A stretch of DNA of 63,986 nucleotides, the filler included, from Octopus bimaculoides (taxonomy: Eukaryota): assembly GCF_001194135.2 (NCBI RefSeq). It is 6 parts of 6 records of this genome, joined end to end, with 100 filler letters (N's around TTAATTAATTAA, not from the genome) between each part and the next. Parts side by side here need not be neighbours in the genome. Positions count along the whole stretch, not along the records: positions 56,420 to 60,937 come from NC_068991.1; positions 61,038 to 62,874 come from NW_026371711.1; positions 62,975 to 63,986 come from NW_026437750.1; 3 more parts are not named here. The stretch is one strand, 5' to 3'. This document shows positions 60,472-63,986 of this stretch, piece after piece (position 1 is the stretch's first letter; each line of letters begins with the position of its first letter). Under the pieces are notes generated by a model. That model saw only the letters and a list, made by a program, of their open reading frames with translations. It did no database searches and had not been told where the DNA came from. A program made the translations under genes and the position numbers.

Positions 60472-60981
60472 CATTTTATTCTTTTACTTCTTTCAGTCAT
60501 TTTAGTCGAAGAAATCAACACCAGGACTTATACTTTATAAGCCCAGTACTTATTCTATCGGTCCCTTGTGCAGAACTGCTAAGTTACAAGGGGACATAAA
60601 CACAATAGCATCCGTTGTCAGGCGATGGCGGAGAGACAAACACAGATACGAAAATACATACATATATATATAGATTCAAGGCTTGAATATGGTACTTATG
60701 CGAAGGCACCCGAATATCATATCCCAAAAGAATGGGTGATTAAAATCAAACAATAAGCAACACGGATTTCAAAAGTGATTGCAGTACGCACGTTTTATGC
60801 TACTTCAATTTATTTAAGTAATGTGAGCATTACCTTAAATGCAATATGAAGAGCAATCTTCAGCTGCACTGGTTCCAACTGAACCCAGGATTAATTTAAA
60901 AGATCATAAAAAGAATTTCAAAGATAACCCATCAGTGNNNNNNNNNNNNNNNNNNNNNNNNNNNNNNNNNNNNNNNNNNNN

Positions 60982-60993
60982 TTAATTAATTAA
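60982..60993. other. Artificial scaffold linker in N gap
   Basis: TTAATTAATTAA between N runs. Confidence 0.9.
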
Positions 60994-62918
60994 NNNNNNN
61001 NNNNNNNNNNNNNNNNNNNNNNNNNNNNNNNNNNNNNTTTTTATGTTTATATGTGTATATGATGTGGGTAAGTATGTATGTATGTAGGTACGTATATATG
61101 TATATGCCTTGATTTTATGGAGGGGCAATATGTCTACAAAATATTTAATCTGAGCAACAAGTTGACGAGTGTCACATGAACCATAATGTTCTAAAGATAT
61201 ACAATTATAGTGTGTATATGAACAGAAAATTCAATAAACTTGACAGCGTAGAGATTGGAAGCGTCTCAGTATCTGCGGCAAACATACCCAAGGAAAAACA
61301 AAATGAAAACAAGTGAAAATAATTCTTGAGCAACCTTAGTCGTAAATACCATCTCACAATGAAATTTACAATGTACATATAATAATAATAAGTTTCAAGA
61401 CAATGAATCATCAACAATAATATTCACCAAGTTTCTGTATATTTTATCCGATAAATATTTTCGAATGACTGCAGTCCTTTTCACACATGTTCGACATTTA
61501 AAATTTTATTTTATAAGAACTACTAAAGAAGTTATTCTAGTGAGGATAAGCAAAGAGTGTGTAATTTAAACAAGTATATTTGTTGAATGTAAGCATCAGC
61601 GCATGATATTTACATGACNNNNNNNNNNNNNNNNNNNNNNNNNNNNNNNNNNNNNNNNNNNNNNNNNNNNNNNNNNNNNNNNNNNNNNNNNNNNNNNNNN
61701 NNNNNNNNNNNNNNNNNNNNNNNNNNNNNNNNNNNNNNNNNNNNNNNNNNNNNNNNNNNNNNNNNNNNNNNNNNNNNNNNNNNNNNNNNNNNNNNNNNNN
61801 NNNNNNNNNNNNNNNNNNNNNNNNNNNNNNNNNNNNNNNNNNNNNNNNNNNNNNNNNNNNNNNNNNNNNNNNNNNNNNNNNNNNNNNNNNNNNNNNNNNN
61901 NNNNNNNNNNNNNNNNNNNNNNNNNNNNNNNNNNNNNNNNNNNNNNNNNNNNNNNNNNNNNNNNNNNNNNNNNNNNNNNNNNNNNNNNNNNNNNNNNNNN
62001 NNNNNNNNNNNNNNNNNNNNNNNNNNNNNNNNNNNNNNNNNNNNNNNNNNNNNNNNNNNNNNNNNNNNNNNNNNNNNNNNNNNNNNNNNNNNNNNNNNNN
62101 NNNNNNNNNNNNNNNNNNNNNNNNNNNNNNNNNNNNNNNNNNNNNNNNNNNNNNNNNNNNNNNNNNNNNNNNNNNNNNNNNNNNNNNNNNNNNNNNNNNN
62201 NNNNNNNNNNNNNNNNNNNNNNNNNNNNNNNNNNNNNNNNNNNNNCGTATCTATTTATCAATGTGTGTGTATGCGTGTGGTCTATGTGTTTCTCTCTCTC
62301 TCTCTGTATAAGCCTGTCTATGCATACGTGCCTGTATGTAACTATGCATTAATACATACACTATATTTTCAAATTTATCCTATGTAGAATGTATTGTTTT
62401 GAAGCGTACTTGTAAAATTATAATGGCAAATCATTCTAAATTTACCAAATGTTACAATAGTTTGTTTTGGAATGTACTTACAAATATAATGACAAAATAT
62501 ATAACGGTTAATGGCTAGAAGAAATAACAATGTGAACATAAGCATACAGACAATGCTTTTATAAAATATAAAGAGGAATAAAATAAAATTATGTTATTTT
62601 CAGTCTTATGAAAAGAGCAACACATATATATCATTAATGTTTTCGCAAAATGCGGAAAATAATTTTGCAGAATTTAAATTAAAGATACTTCTGTAGAAAA
62701 TCAATTCATAATATACATTCAAAAATATGTTCCGATTTTTGTCCGTTCCTTATTAGAGGAATACACACATACACATAGATCACAATATTTTAAATGGCAT
62801 TTATTATACAACTATGTATGTATATGTATGTGTGTGTGCGTGCACGGGCGTGTGTGTATGTAAGCATATATATANNNNNNNNNNNNNNNNNNNNNNNNNN
62901 NNNNNNNNNNNNNNNNNN

Positions 62919-62930
62919 TTAATTAATTAA
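62919..62930. other. Artificial scaffold linker in N gap
   Basis: TTAATTAATTAA between N runs. Confidence 0.9.
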
Positions 62931-62974
62931 NNNNNNNNNNNNNNNNNNNNNNNNNNNNNNNNNNNNNNNNNNNN

Positions 62975-63472
62975 AATAAATATATATATAAATAAAATGA
63001 TATATTAATATATATATAAATAAAAAATGAATAAAAATATATATATATATATACATAAAAAAATAAATATATACAAACAAAAAAATAAATAAATTTATAA
63101 TTAATAAATAAACAAATATATATATATATAAATAAATAAAGAAATATATATAAATAAATAAATATATAAATAAAAAAATAAATATATATATAAATAAATA
63201 TATAAATATATAAATAAATAAATATATATACAAAGAAAAAAATAAATATATATATAAATAAATAAATAAATATATATGTAAATAAATAAATATATATGTA
63301 TATATGAATAAATAAGTAAATATATATATATACATAAATATATATAAATATATATATATATAAATAAATATATATATAAATAAATAAATAAATATATATA
63401 TATAAATAAATAAATATAAGCAAATAAATATAAGTAAATATATAAATAAATAAACAAATATATAAATAAATA

Positions 63473-63503
<31 letters not shown>

Positions 63504-63986
63504 AATATATATATAAATAAAAAAATAAATAAATATTTATATAAGTAAATATAAATATAAATAATAAATAAATAAAAATATAAATATATAAATATATATA
63601 TCAATAAAAAATAAATAAATATGTATATAAGTAAATATATATATAAATAATAAATAAAAAATATAAATAAATAAATAAATATATATAAAAATAAAAAAAT
63701 AAAAAAATATATATATATAAATAAAAAAATAATTAAATATATATATATAAATGAAAAAATAAATAAATATTAAATAAATAAACATATAAATAAATAAATA
63801 TATATATAAATAAAAATAAATAAATATGTATATAAGTAAATATATATATATATACATAATAAATAAACAAAAATATAAATAAATAAATATATATATAAAT
63901 AAAAAAATAAATAACTATATATAAATAAAAAATAATTAAATAAATATATAAATAAGAAATAAATAAATATGTATATAAGTAAATAT
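62975..63986. repeat. ~1 kb near-pure A/T low-complexity (AT/AAAT) repeat
   Basis: Directly visible. Confidence 0.95.

Noticed and set aside
62919-63857. I/Y/F/L-rich ORFs (also at 12412, 24844, 55815)
   Set aside because: AT microsatellite translations.

Overview
AT-rich, microsatellite- and SINE-dense animal genomic DNA with many assembly gaps. The repeat families look like those of Octopus (inference; no taxonomic marker is present). The main gene is an apparently complete CCDC40 on the minus strand: 17 GT-AG exons from 55965 to 39327 splice into one uninterrupted 925-codon frame (924 aa). A single 93-nt plus-strand exon at 5460-5552 matches CCDC39, the partner of CCDC40 in the 96-nm axonemal ruler, so both ruler genes lie within about 34 kb in this assembly, though contig joins separate them. 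Also present: an orphan K/Q/S/T-rich exon (27770-27976), a ~5 kb CpG-rich TACG/TTCG satellite with ~1 kb higher-order structure and internal inversions, a short telomere-like tract, at least four SINE-like families, and hAT, piggyBac and mariner MITEs. A three-level nested insertion in a CCDC40 intron has mariner arms carrying RFX X-box motifs. Fossil R4/Dong-type and Penelope-like retroelements are also visible. Most entries in the ORF track are artefacts of microsatellites or N-gaps. All homology calls are from recalled sequences, not database searches; repeat boundaries are approximate.
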